Positions 1 through 14,114 of a stretch of DNA of 64,000 nt are shown piece by piece. Both the position numbers and the translations under genes were made by a program. Below the pieces are notes generated by a model. The model was not told the DNA's origin and ran no database searches. It saw only the letters and a list, made by a program, of their open reading frames with translations. Positions within the stretch are counted from its first letter, which is position 1; each line of letters begins with the position of its first letter. Source of the stretch: Auanema rhodensis (taxonomy: Eukaryota > Animalia > Nematoda); the NCBI GenBank assembly GCA_964057225.1, contig OZ059899.1, positions 13,516,001 through 13,580,000 of the forward strand. Reading direction: 5' to 3'.

Positions 1-10
1 GTAGTGTCTA

Positions 11-13
<3 letters not shown>

Positions 14-63
<50 letters not shown>
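14..63. repeat. (CT)n microsatellite
   Basis: Pure CT dinucleotide run; similar CT/GA tracts at ~570-612, 1774-1805, 2484-2540 and 3843-3885. Confidence 0.95.
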
Positions 64-67
<4 letters not shown>

Positions 68-586
68 GAAATTGACGACGTCGAACATTAACTATAGGAT
101 ATAATAATATAAAAATTAGAATAATCGTAAACGTAGTTAAGAAGTCGTTGTACTCAATACATTTTATGATAAAAAAAAAGTTTTAAAGAACTGTAAAGGA
201 GATAATTTGTTTTTTTTTGTCAAACTCAATGAAAGTAAAGATTTCAGAGAGTCAAAGTAATGAGACAGACCAAGAGAAAATATAAGAAGAAAGGTTCGAA
301 AAAATATTGAAAAGACATGGAAAGAACGATTATAGTATGTTCAGTCAAGCGATATCTATGCAAGTTGTAACAGGTAGTTTGAAGCCTAATTGAAGAACAG
401 AGGGGGAACAAGCTAAAATGGAATCATCTCGGTAATTTCTATCCAATGTTTGTCTAGTTTTTCCTTTTTTGTCACTTTTTTTCCTTTTTAAATCCATAAG
501 ACATTGATATCGGCTAATGACAAAAAAAAACAAATCAGGCTGTTACTTTCGATAAAGAGATATGGAAAAAGAGAGAGAGAGAGAGG

Positions 587-618
<32 letters not shown>

Positions 619-1274
619 GCGCGAACAAGAAAAGAGGAAAGAAAGAACCGGGAAAAGATGAAGTACAAAGACCACACTGAAGCTCGATGAAAAAAATTTT
701 TTATTAGGCATACTGTGTGGAAAAAGAACATTTTCTACGATGCCTAAGCTGGTAGGTCGTGCAAATCTATCACGTAGAACGAGATGCTTGTCTTTCCTTA
801 CTACATGTACACACACCGATACTCCTGGTACAATATCGTTTTTCTTCATCTTCACTGTTTTTCCTATCATTTCTATCGGATCTTTCTCCTCTTTTTTTCT
901 CAAATGTCGAGGATAGTAGAAGCATCAGAAATCGTTTTATTGGCGATTTTCACCGAAAATTAGTCCTGACAGGTGATGGTCATTCGGCGCACTTTGTTTA
1001 GTTTAGACAAGCAGAGGACAACATGACACTTTGTCATTTTTTTTTTGAGTTGAGAACTCTGACTTGGATAGAAAAATTATGGAAAATGGCTGTTTATGAA
1101 AAGTTTTTTTGAAGAAAATCTAGATTTTTTAATATAAAGAAAAGTTTTAATGACTATATACTATATGTATATACTAACTATGCTTTTATGCTATAATGCC
1201 AAAATTCATTGTGATCGCTGTCGTCGTCGGCAAAATAATTGAAACTGTCAATGTCAGACAGATGGACAATATAA

Positions 1275-1301
1275 ATGATGATGATGATGATGATGATGAT
1301 G
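1275..1301. repeat. (ATG)n trinucleotide microsatellite
   Basis: ATG x9; source of the spurious poly-Met ORF. Related GAT/GAC tracts at ~4417-4449, 4596-4630 and 63981-63999. Confidence 0.9.
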
Positions 1302-1767
1302 GTAAGGGTGGTGAGGGAAAAGGAAATTGTTAGCTGGAGGAATGTGAGGAGGATCAGAGAAACAAGTCGAAACACACCACCGACTATAAGGAAGCCAGAA
1401 ACAATAATTTCCCTTTTTCAACTATTTTACTATTGCCTTTCTCAACATAAACGAATGTGAATATCCAATAACTACTGCGAATTTTGAAATGTTAACTGAC
1501 GAAATGATTGAGACCTCCATACAATGTAGAAAAGCCGAACTTGTCATTCTTTACGGTCTTTCTCCGTCTTTCTCTCTTTCTCTTTCTCTCTCTATATTCC
1601 CCTATCTATCATCATGTCTCTCTCTTTATATCCTATATACCCGTGTCTTCTCTTTCTAAGCCATGTCAACCTTCACCTTTCAACAAACTCAGACAAAACA
1701 AACTGGATATATCGTCTGGCCTCATTGCAATTTACCTCCATGTCTCCATCCTCATTCTTCCCCCTCA

Positions 1768-1808
<41 letters not shown>

Positions 1809-2478
1809 GCAATCTATATTTTAATTTCTTCATCTACAACTCTCTATATATCTTTTTCACTTTCTCTATCTATCTCTTTCATTACCTCATTCCAATATCG
1901 TAAGGAAAACCGTAACGGAGAACTTCCTGAGATTTACATATCTCTATCTAAATAATGTCAACCGTCAATAAGAACGAAACAAACTGTTCCAAAATCTTCG
2001 ATTTGTTTTCCAAAAAAACAAACAAAAAACATTTGAAGTTAAAGAGTTTAGAAAAATTTTGTTTGTTTCAATTGTTTTCAATTTCAATCAACTCTTCACA
2101 ACACTTAGTTCTTCAAATGATGGCTATTCCAAGGACATACAACATACTAAGAAGCAACAAGGACCAACTGAACTAAGCGAATACTAGCTTCACTATGAAT
2201 TTGGATGAAGGCAATTTGTAGTTTCTAACTACAAACAACAAGATAGTGCTGATGAATTGGCAAGGTGAACATGGAAAAGCCCGTTAGTTAGGGCTTAAAG
2301 CATTCGCGCATTTTACATAGCAACTTGACTATACAAATAATTTGCCTTTAACTATACAAACGATGACATCTACATATAAAGATGAAAACATGTTTTTCAT
2401 GAAAATTCGTCTGTAGACTCAAACAGGTAATCCGTTCAACTTTTTTGGTCCCGTTACTCGTCGTTTACGCTCTTTCTA

Positions 2479-2544
<66 letters not shown>

Positions 2545-3481
2545 GTGCGTACTTTTTTCGCCTTTTTCTCTGATCTATCTGGATACTTGCCTTTTCACCG
2601 AAATGCTTAATCAGAGAGGTCTTACGCATTTTCCGAACCATTAGCTATTCCTACAGTACAGTATGCAGTATATAGTACAATTGACAGGAAAACCAAACGA
2701 TGGTCATTTTATTATTCAAAAATTTTTGAATTTTCCGTTTAGTTTCAAATCCGTTCAAAAGAAGATAATTTTTTCCGGAAAAACCGGTCGACAATCATCT
2801 TGTCATGCTTAAAGCTAGATGAAAAGCATTTCGACCTTAGGAATTAGCCTCGAACTCACATGCTCATACAGAAAAAGTTGAGGATAAAATAATGGAAATG
2901 AAGAAAAAAGGGAAAAATATAATAAAGAAATAAATAAATAAACATGAAATTTAAGCTGTTGTTTGAAATCTTTATTTTTTTTTTTGCAAAAAAACTGGAT
3001 TCTAAGAAAATGTTTAATCAATGGTTCAAAAATAGTTCACGTGAATTTCACATGTACCAGTAAAATTATTTTACAGAGGTCAGACTACAAGATTGGTTGT
3101 ATTTACTATATATGTATATAATATTTCTATTTTTATTTTATAATTACAAAAGACAAAAGTTTTTGAATGTAAAAAGGATAGTTTATGTTTAGGAAATAAT
3201 GTTGCAAGTTGGAACAAAAGTTCAAAAATTAATGAAATGAAAAAGAAAGAAATGAATTTGAAGGACATGAGGAAAAAGAAGATATAGTAATGTAATAGAG
3301 ATGAGACGAATCAAAAAAGATATTAAAATATGTAATGACCATTTATATGTTAAATAAAATGGTTTCATGTTTAATGAGATTAGAGAGAATTTAAAGTTGA
3401 TTATGTGTCATATAAATAGTTTTTCATGAATTTTAGTTGTATAAGATACATAGTAAAGATGTTATATATTTATATATTATA

Positions 3482-3521
<40 letters not shown>

Positions 3522-3543
3522 GAATATATATGAATATATATAT
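3482..3543. repeat. (TA)n microsatellite
   Basis: Interrupted TA run; another at ~5357-5402. (ATT)n at 6411-6439 and a 12-bp TTATTATATACT tandem at ~6770-6830. Confidence 0.85.
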
Positions 3544-3839
3544 TTAATATTTAGAAAAATGAAAGTAGTTTAAGAAGAAAAAAGCATTTTAATCGAGTTG
3601 ATTTCGACTGTATGTCTCTAGAAAGATGATCCGTTCAAACAAGGCAGAATAAAAAAAGTAAAATTAGATGAAAAACAAGTTATAATATGAAAATTCCGCT
3701 TCAAACTTTAAATAACTGCAAATTTTTGACGAAGTTCCAGATGATGTTACAGCTTGAAGCTAGGATATGATAAACATCGTATCGTACATTACGATCTTAA
3801 ATATATGAAGCATATATGAACGTGAATTACGCTTTTGAC

Positions 3840-3892
<53 letters not shown>

Positions 3893-5355
3893 GCTCTTTC
3901 TCTCTCTATATATCTCCCTCTCTCTCTCTTACTCATTTTTCTCCTGTTCAATAACTGGTATATTCATACATTTCTACTTGTTTCAAATTCTTTCAAGTAG
4001 AAGAAGAGAAAGAAAAAGATATAGAGAGATAATTATATATTATAATTTCTTAGAAACTTTTCAAGTTTCAAATTAAAAGAAAAAAAGAATGTCAGTTCTT
4101 TGTTACCTCTACCTCAGATTATCAAAATGACATCTTCTCAAGAACAGTGTAGAGAACTCAAGAATATTCTTCTGAATAAATTAGAATTATTATCATCTAA
4201 ATAATATAAGTTTGAAGTGACGAATAAAGAAAATATGTATGGAATAATACAAGATGACATGAAATAAGTGTAATTTGGTGAATTAAGAAAGAGTTTTGAA
4301 TACGAAATAGCTAATAAGGGAAGTCATCAACTCTTCTACAGATTATTATATGTGCTATCTGATTTTACTAGACAGTTATATGCATGGATATTGAGAATAT
4401 GAAGACACTTGTATTCGATGATGACGACGATGATGATGATGATGATGAGGGTAGTAGTAGAATAGACATAGTAGAATGAGTAGAAACAAGAGAATACACA
4501 TAAAAGAAAAACGATAGAGAGAAGAGGAAAATGAGATAGGGAATTAGTGAAAAGAATGAAATATTAAGAACCTAGAAAGAAACTGTGATGTTGAGGACGA
4601 CAACGACGACGATGACGACGACGACGACGTCAAGCTGCATACGATGGAACGATGTTCGGAGGAAACTGGGTCTTGAGCCGTTCATCGCCATGTTGTTTTC
4701 CCCCCATCGGAAATTTCTGTAAAACCAATACGAAGAAGTTGTAAGACGACGATCATTCCGATCGTCAGAAGACCCACATATAACGACAGCAAGACATGGA
4801 TATAACCAAAGACAGATACATAAGATGAAGTATATAGAGTATGACAGAGAAAGAGGACGAGAAACTGAATGAATATTCGTTTTAAAGTAATGAAGAATAC
4901 GATGAAACAAATAGATAAACCATGTTCATTTCTTCATTTCTTTTTTTTTTAATTTTGACTTCAAGTTCAGGCGTATCACACCAGTTTTCTATACAAAGTA
5001 TGTACATGCATCAATCAAATCTTATTAACATTTGGAATATAAGAAATTCTCGAATTTAACTAAGAATATTAGGAAACAGTACCATATAGTATGTATGAGA
5101 TGAGGATAAGAACGACACGTTACAGTCTCAGCCTATAAACTTGAAATGACAACACTAACTATGCCTTGTTAATATTATGCATAACTATAGTTGATAGAGG
5201 GAACAAGGGGCGTGCCATGAATATTAATCTTAAATAGTCAACTTTGGATGAAATAGTTTGTGAAAACGATATATGATAGGATTTCCATATACTTTAACTA
5301 TACGTTTATTTTAACTAACATTAGCTAAACCTATAGCACGTATATGTACTATATC

Positions 5356-5410
<55 letters not shown>

Positions 5411-6402
5411 ACCTAACTATATCAATTACGGCATGAGAAATAATAAAAATAATATAGAAGTTCAGAAAATGTACAATTAATTGGATTTATGAGACTTGAC
5501 ATCAGATAATTCTTCAAAAAATGACTCACATTCAATTGTTTGCATGTTTACAACCTAAATTATTCTAATTATATACATATTTGTAAGAAATATAGTAATA
5601 ATACCATTCGATTAAATAACATATGCAGAGATTTTATACTTTGAAACAAATTCTCTAATTGAGTTGTAACAAACGGATTATGAACATATTTTTCTACACG
5701 TTTCACAACTTCTTCAAATGCATCCATGCGTGACTGAGCCTAATTATATGATTTAATATATTTTATTATTAAATCTAACTAACTTCCTTAATAGCATCTC
5801 GTAGTTCAATACATCCATATAACGTTCCTAAATGTCTATCTACTTCTCTAACATCATTCATCTAAAACTTTTCAAGTTGAAGTTTTAAAAAATGTTGCAG
5901 AAGACAACCACATACTCCTGATTTCATACTATTATTATTTTGAGCTGTATTTGTTGTATCACTTTCCGCAGATATATTTATACGTGAGCTATTCTGAAAT
6001 TGAAATTGAAAGTTATTCGAAGATTTCAAGATTTTACTTGATTATTAGCGCTTGGAATATTTTTTTCCTTTTGATATATCAATAGAATATCATCTAATTG
6101 CCTATGAAGCTATAAAATTAGAAATTATTTTATAATATTATTATAAATTTAATTTTTTATTTTCTTATTAAATATATTGAATATACCTTTCTGCCCATTT
6201 TAAAAAATTCGTCCATCATGTTTTCTATATTAGATTCTAGCTGCTTTAATGCTTTATCCATTTCAAATACTCAATATACAACCGGGTTTCAAGCTTCAAA
6301 AATGATGAATGATATATCGATCTATGATCGTGCCATATATTAGCATATTAATACAGTCATTTTTTTTAATTTTCAAATATTTATTTAAGATGTAATTTTA
6401 TT

Positions 6403-6443
<41 letters not shown>

Positions 6444-6588
6444 TTGAGGATTACGGAAAGATATGTACTTACCGCTGTTTCTATGACAACCAATTGAACC
6501 TGAGCAGTATTGGTCAGCTTAAGCATCATTGCGATATTTTTGCTTCAAATCCTCTTTTACTTATTATTTTTTTTCTATTTAAAGTATA

Positions 6589-8177
6589 ATGGCAATTATT
6601 GGAATACAAAAAGATATTCTGACTCGACTTCGAAATGGTTCGGAACATCGAATGATTCAGGTTAGACATATTAATTATTTTTTAATTGAAATTTATTATT
6701 AATTCATATATTTTGCATAGTAAAATGTTTAAAAACATAATAATTCAAAAACATCAATTAAGATTATTATATTATATACTTTATTATATACTTTATTATA
6801 TACTTTATTATATATTTTATTATATTTATCTAAGGCAATTGTACGTAAAGTATTTAATGAACATACAAGACAAGACAAGAAACAGGAAATGATATTTACA
6901 ACTGAAGGTATTATCAGATAGCTTTTAATCTAAATCAATATCTAATCTAACAATTCATTTCACTTTTTAGATGTCATAGAAATTAGTATTATCAAAGAGC
7001 GACTTCAACATCTGGGATTGGTTTGTTCTGCTTCTGTGTTGGAATGTGAAGTGGATAAAGTCGGCTTCATTCACTAAACTTTTTTTAAATTTTATTAAAA
7101 ACATTTCAGACTCTTTATTCTACACAAGTCTTATCAACTATTTTGGAACAATATCCAGATAAACGTCGTTTAACATCCATATACAATGTAAAATCTGATG
7201 GAATAATCCCTGAGCCTAAAGATAAACTATACGAAGTGAAATCCAGACATTATACAGAAATTCTACAACTATGGTTCTTTGCAGGAAAAAATGCCAATTG
7301 CTCCAATAAGTACTTTGAAAGATATTAATATTTTCCGTGAAAATATCGGTATTGAAATGGCGGAATCGAGAAAATTGGTGAATTTGCGAAAGAAATTAGA
7401 TGAAGAATACGAGTCTGATGATGTAAAGTTTAAACTATAAGTATACAGCCATTTAAATCATTTTGCAGGATAATGTAACTATTGAAGATGAGCAACTAAC
7501 AGAAAAAGAAGAGCACACGGATAATGCTGACGAGATATCTGCAGAATCAGTAGCTACAGATGACGATGAGACACTAACTTCCCCCAGCGTGTCGGAAGAA
7601 GAGTTATTTTCATCTTTTATATCCTTCAAACGAAAAAACTGATTCTAGAATTACTACTAACTGGACAAAGGGATTATTGTCTTCTTCCCTCAATAGAACA
7701 ACGAACTCAGAGAAAATTCTTGCAGCTAAACCTACGAAAGAGTAGTCAACATCACTGCTTCTAATTTAATTTTTCTTTTTTAGTGCACAACCTTCATTTC
7801 CTCCCTTGCCTCTCCAAAGACTACCTCCAATTGTCAGAGCTCCCCTCAACATTCCTCCTGTAGCAAGTAGAAATATATTAGATTATTACTAATATAAACA
7901 CATTACAATGGTTTCAGGAATAGAGAGAACCCCGCACACTACATCAAATAGCGAATCAGATGTATCGGATGGAGAAAAAAGAAATAGCACAGCTAAGAAT
8001 AAGATCAATTTCTCACCGCCTCAAGCTAGTTTTCAAGCAACAGAAGAAATATGTAATGAATATTTAATTCAGTTACATAATTAAATTTATACAATTTCAG
8101 CAGGTGATCTCGAAGAGCTAAACTTTGACGACGTTCCAGGAGACTTTAGTGACAGCGCTGAGAGCATATCATTTTGA
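6589..8177 (+). CDS. LisH-motif protein, FOP/CEP43-CEP20-like N-terminus with an acidic, low-complexity C-terminus (multi-exon)
   Basis: ATG follows the acceptor tttaaag. Hand splicing of GT-AG introns gives one open frame: MAIIGIQKDILTRLRNG...ISIIKERLQHLGLVCSASVLECE (LisH-like)...DFSDSAESISF*. The family call is by motif resemblance. Confidence 0.65.
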
Positions 8178-8460
8178 AAATGAACTTTGAGCATTATTCA
8201 ATTAAAAAGAAATGGTTTATAAAATATATTGCAACTCCCGATATTGATTTAATCTTCTCATTCTCGAATAATCCAACATATTGAATAGAGAAAAAATAAA
8301 AAACTACAAAGTACAATAAGGACAGCAAGGCTGCCGCAATGTGTACTGTGTTTAAGCGCGTAATGTTGTATAGAATCCTTAACATCGTTTATTTTGCGTA
8401 GCGCTGTAAAATTTGTTGCTGGACGCTTATCGCTGATATTTATTATGCTAACTTCTAGCA

Positions 8461-9173
8461 ATGACCAAAATTATTCTAAGAAATATGAAGCTTATTGTGG
8501 CGGTTGATATCGAAAACGGGATTGGGAAAAACGGTACCATCCCTTGGAGATTGAAGACCGATTTGGTTGCTTTCAAAAAAATCACTTCTACTGTGAGCGA
8601 TGATTCCAAGGTATTTCTTTTTCTTTCTTTTCTTTTATTTTTTTTTTGGTTTAAGAGAAATGTAGTAATTATGGGTCGTAAATGTTGGGAAAGTATTCCT
8701 GAGAAATTACGTCCCTTGAAAGATCGTTTAAATATTGTGATTAGTAGAACCATGCCAGAATCTCGAGATGAAAACCTTATTGTCGTGTAATTTTATTATT
8801 TTACTGATATTATGTTGCAATTCGTTTTGAAGAAATGATTTTGACAAGATAATGGAAGAATTATCTACTTCCCCTCTTAGTGAAAAGATTGAAACAATTT
8901 GGAACATTGGAGGCGCTGAGATATATCGCCTTGCCTTGGAAAAGGGTTTAGTGAATAGTATTTGCTTAACGAGAGTTTTTTCGAAGTAAGAGATTGGTTT
9001 GAATATATCATCTTATTGAAATTTTTTGAAGACATGATGCTGATGTGTTTTTGAATTTGGATCTCTCCGACTTCGAGGAAGACGAAAGCATGAAATCAGC
9101 TATCCTTGAGGAAGGAGGTGTTCAATTTTCTTTCCATACTTTCAATAAAAAAACAGTTCAATCTGTTATTTAA
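8461..9173 (+). CDS. dhfr-1: Dihydrofolate reductase (4 exons)
   Basis: MKLIVAVDIENGIGKNGTIPW, NVVIMGRKCWESIP, RPLKDRLNIVISR, IWNIGGAEIY; all three introns end in AAG; AATAAA at ~9194. Confidence 0.97.
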
Positions 9174-9307
9174 TGTATTAATACTATCATGTAAATAAAT
9201 TATTTGTATAATTTCTCGTAACTGGTCAATTCTTCAGGTTATTAGCCTGGATTATCTATCGCCCGCTCATTTTTTCTAACTGTTTCAATTTTGTGTAAAT
9301 CTTTTAG

Positions 9308-11700
9308 ATGGGGAACAGTAAAAAAAAAAGAGGAAGTTTCACTCAAAATGGTGTTAGACATATTAATGGTGTGACTCAGACTAATGGAATAGGAAAACAC
9401 TCGAAGGTATCATTTTCATACTTAATTTTTTTTTGTAACTATATGTGATTCATTTTTTCAATTTTTACGTTGTGGTTCCATATTTGAACAGAGTTTATTT
9501 AGTTTTCTAACTGTAACATTATCGGCTGCTTTATAATTTTGATATAAACTTTGTTTAAGTTCAACTTTTTTTTATCTTTTCTTTCGTGTTTGCATATTTT
9601 ATAAGAGTTCTTCTGTTTTAGATGAATAATTCTATTCATGATGGATCCGACCAAGAGTCTGTTTGTTCCCTTCCTCGAAGCAGAGCAGGGTCTACTGTTC
9701 AAAAGGACATAACTACTTCACCCCTCCATGATTTAGACGATAACCCTGTTTCACCGTAAGTTGTGTAATGTTCTTATGTTTTTATAGAATTGTATTCAGA
9801 TTCAATGCTGATGAAGGAGTTGAAGTACCTTCTGTTACTCCATCTTGCTCTGCCGAATCTCAGACGGATTCTGTTAACCAAAATGATGGCTTACTTCAAT
9901 TTTTCGAAGTAATTTGGTTTTGTTTCTTTTCTATATATAAATGAATTGTTCAGTTGTCCCCCTGGGATCAAGTAGAGACTATGTGCGAAATCGTGTCCTG
10001 TTTGGGAATTTATGAGCTGAGATTGTTGGGTGCCTGTGTAGAGGTACTTTAATGCTTGTCGTGCTACATCTCTTATGATAATCGTGATGTTCAGGGTGCT
10101 GCACGTCCTCAGGCCACTAATCTAAGACCACAGGAGCTGAGAGCGAATAGTCCATCTTTCATCTCAGGATTAGCTACCCAGTGAGCACCAAATTATTTTT
10201 GAAGATGGTATATTTCATTTTTTAGATTAAAAATGACTTATCCGGATACTATTGACTGCGCTTTCTCTATGGTCTCTTTATTACAATCAACAAATAGAAG
10301 TGGTGCTTATGCATTTGTTAGCCTCATTGATCAGTTAATGGCTGATCGTGACACTCAAATTCCTAATTTACCAGAAGAGGTTCAAAAGAAAACGTTGCAA
10401 TCTTTAGGAAAACTAGGTTATTTCAACATTTGTTTGGTTAATTATGCATTCAATTTTTATAGTTATTGCATCATTACATCATCCAGCATTCTCAATAGAT
10501 CAAAGAATACGATTAATAAATGCTCGAGATGAGTTAAAAAATCAAATAGATAGAATGAATATGAATAGTAAGAATATTGTTGTTTTTACTTAATGCTTTC
10601 TATTCTTCAGGACCTCGAAGTCCTAGAGACTCTTCTGGTTATGCAGGAATGTTATACATCCGCAGATTCAATGCTTCCTTAGCTCCTAATAGTAATGACC
10701 TTTTCACCATTGAGGTAAGATATTGACGATATTTCGTTATCATTTGTTGCTATATAGATGATATGGAACGATGGCGAACGGACGTATGTTAGTAGAACTC
10801 GAGATGAAATAGCCGCTTTACACTATCGCTTGCTTGATTTGTTTGGTGAGGAACGTCGTGAAGTTTCGGATCTTTTGGAAACCAGAGATACTAGATCTTA
10901 TAGTAAAACTGTGGCTAATGGCACTGGTATGATCTAATTATATATGCGCATCTTATCACCATATTTAAGCAGCAGGAAGTTCTCGTATATTACCGCATTT
11001 CTTCCCGGAAGCAAGTCCTCAAGTAGTAATAGAATATATTAATGGATTATCGGATCTTCCCGCTCGCATGATGCTAAGCTCTATCATATATGAAGAATTT
11101 TATGCTTCTCGGCATTGTTCTGATGACATGCAGGTGTGAAATCATTAATGTGATATGACTAACATTGGAAATTTCAGAGCGTTGATAGAGGTGAACGAAG
11201 GCATTCTGTTTCACCTTCCCTTATTCCTCATAAGATTCCTGCAACCACAGCTCCTACCTATCCTTATACAACACAACCTTTATCTTACGGGCCATTAGCA
11301 AATATGGCATCAATCATGCAGGTTGTGGAGCAATAGGCTCTCCAATGCTTTTAGTAATTATTTCGTGTTTAGTTAACCAGCCCCACATGTAGCAACTGTG
11401 CTGGTCCTCACTCTTTCGTACATTGTGGTAAGAAAAATATAATGGAAATTAATCCAGGGGGGAAAGGTAAGAATGTGTTTGCAAATTTCTTCCTACAAAA
11501 CCTTTCCAGAGCCTTTCCGACTATATATGGGTGATATGGATCGAGGAGAATTTAAAGTTTTTAGACCACCTCATGGGTTACCTCCACATCCAATAGTAAT
11601 ATCTGATCATATGGGAATGTATCCTCAGCAAATATTACTTCCTCAAGCAATTTATCCTCATAATATGCCAGTGGTCCCACCTCAGCCTAAGTTACAATAG
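9308..11700 (+). CDS. gls-1: GLS-1/ZCCHC14-like protein: N-terminal helical region, PX-like domain, C-terminal zinc knuckle
   Basis: Spliced frame contains YELRLLGACVE, IASLHHPAFS, PX-like WNDGERTYVSRT...LHYRLLDLF...RILPHF and knuckle CSNCAGPHSFVHC; lies directly downstream of dhfr-1. Confidence 0.75.
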
Positions 11701-12178
11701 TTTTTTTTTCAAATTTTTATATAACGAGTTGCCTTGTGTCTTTTGCTGCCCAACAGAGTGCTTTCTTAGCGTTATATTTTTATTTTATTGCTACTACATA
11801 GGTTTTATTCTATATTTGCCTTGAAATTTCAGGTATGTTAAACCGTTCAATTCTCTAGTTCTTTACGGTTATTTCTTGCTCTCTGCACTGTTGTGATCGC
11901 TTGTTCCTGTAATTGTCGTAACATTTGTTTCTTCCTAGTCTATGTACTCAATTTGTTTTATATTATCATTATTTCAATTATCATAGAGCCTATTGACACT
12001 AATCTCACATTATATAGCTATTTATTTTTTAAAAAAATACATGTCAGTGCTTATCAGATTCGAATGCCATTCATATTAGGTTCTATTCTGGTTAATATTA
12101 CAATAAAACTGAGTCGCAAACGTATTTAACAGTAGCATAACAAGAGTATTAAACGAAGTTCAACAATGTTTTTGTAAC

Positions 12179-14114
12179 TTAATGGTTGCCTAGATTATTA
12201 TGTCCACGCCCACGGTTACCAAAGAAGCGCCTTCCACCTCTGTGGTTTGAACCGCGGTTGTTGCCACGCTGATTATTAGAATTTCTGTTACTACGAGTAT
12301 TACTATTATTACTAGCTTGATTTTGGTTTGAATGATTAGATCTTGGAAGAATGTTTTCAAATTCAGGAAAGGAAAGAATCTCACCAAGATCACCTAAATC
12401 AAAAGGCAAGACAGATGCAAGGTAAGAATAAGGACGAGATCGGTTTTGAGATTGATTTCTGGAATTATTGCGGCCTTGACGAGGAGATGGAGGCTCGGGT
12501 TCAGAAGTAGCGTTTGCCCTTGGTCTACTGTTCAGATTCCGAATGAAATTTGTATTGAACCTAGGCCTTACACGGCTCAAATTAGAAACTTCATTAGGCA
12601 ATTCAGGAAGAGAAGGATCAATGCGCCGCTGTTGCTCCCTCAAATTGCTCAATGGTAAATGAATTGAAGAACTTTCTTTCGTTACCTCATAATGGTTAAA
12701 TGACGTCTTCCTTCGCAGTGAATTGCAAAAGCATTTGAACCAATAGGAATTCGACAATCACAAACATAACAATATCGGTTATTGTACACAGGTTCAGCAT
12801 AAAGCCTAAAAAAGAAGCCATAATGATGTCATACTTGATGCTACACTTACGGACTGTTAAACATAGAAGAGCCATCAGAATCATAGTCATAGAAATCAAA
12901 AGAAAGACTGAAAGTACAATATGCAAAGAATGATATGGAGACTTATGTCTTACTCGTCTTCATCAACGAAGAAAGAGTCGGAAAGCAATAAGCTACTATT
13001 ATCGTCGCGTACACCTAAGGCATTATCCTTCTAAAGAAAAAGTTGAAGCTTAGAGATTGGACTCAGGCGATTTAACCATTTCACGAGCTTTCCTAACCAA
13101 TTGCATTACTTGAGCAAAACTTGTTGAAACGTTCGAGGCTTTATCTTCGATAACCGATAAAATTGTTTTGTTTGTTCCATCTATAGACATAAAATATTTA
13201 TTTGTAGCTTGTTTAAAACTACCAAGAGTAGTGTTGAATACAGCATTATCAGATAGACCCGATTGTCTGACCAAATCCCGTAATCTATCAGTTTCGTAAG
13301 AGACTGTTGTAACCAATTCATTCATGGAACCTCAAAATTACACTTATAATAAATTCTCTCTGTCATTATCACTTACGAACAAGTTCGTCGAGATCATTTA
13401 TAGTATTTTCATTTTCCGCCGCTTTAGCACCAGGCTCATCTTCCTCAAGTTTATCCATTCGATTCAGCATAGCTGAATCAGAACGTTATCAACATTTAGG
13501 AATTCAAAACAAACCCAAAAGTTGAAAGTTAGTTGGGACCAATTTAATGCTAGTACTGCACAAACGACACACAGCACACTTTAATACAGGTCCACCATGT
13601 AAAGCCAAAGTTTTTAAACAACTCAAACAATACGTATGCCCACATTGAAGAACTTTGGGTACTCTGGATAATTCGGTGAATCTCTGAATGTAAATTCAAT
13701 CAAATCTCATTTATAGATATTATATTATATTGTATTATATAGTGTTAAGTAATATTATTCAATTATCAAACTTTACAGATCATATTTTCGGTGTTTTTTA
13801 TCTGAACTCTCTCTGTACTTTCAATCAGATTTATACAATTACTTGGCCGAATTTGATGATTGACCTTTTTAATGGCAGGTTCATAAAAATATCAAAAACA
13901 GACATTAGGATAAGATTGTTTAGAAGCATACAAACATTTGAACCCTTTTCAACTTAAACTTCCTTTTCTTATCACTAACCTGATAACAAATGGAACACGA
14001 AAAAACGTCCAGTTCATCAGCTTCAGCGGAATCCCTGCGCTTTTCGGACGTTCCCGAAGGAAGCGGTTCTTCATTGTTTTCCGTATTCTCTTTAGATTGT
14101 ACAGACTTCAGCAT
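12179..14114 (-). CDS. RING-finger protein with a matrin/U1-type zinc finger and an Asn/Arg/Gly-rich tail
   Basis: CSICYQ...PKVLQCGHTYCLSC...CAVC (C3HC4 RING); YCYVCDC...HCEGRRH; RGG/N-rich C-terminus. Two introns need GAG acceptors. Confidence 0.85.

Noticed and set aside
345-4910. ORFs of 60-130 aa in the left flank (poly-M, SLSLSL, REREER, DVVVV)
   Set aside because: They are products of microsatellites and skewed composition; no consistent exon chain or recognisable domain was found.
6302-6512. Apparent in-frame TAG/TGA in exon-like segments upstream of the LisH gene, hinting at stop-codon reassignment
   Set aside because: A good start exists at 6589, and conserved genes here end normally in TAA, TAG and TGA with no internal stops.
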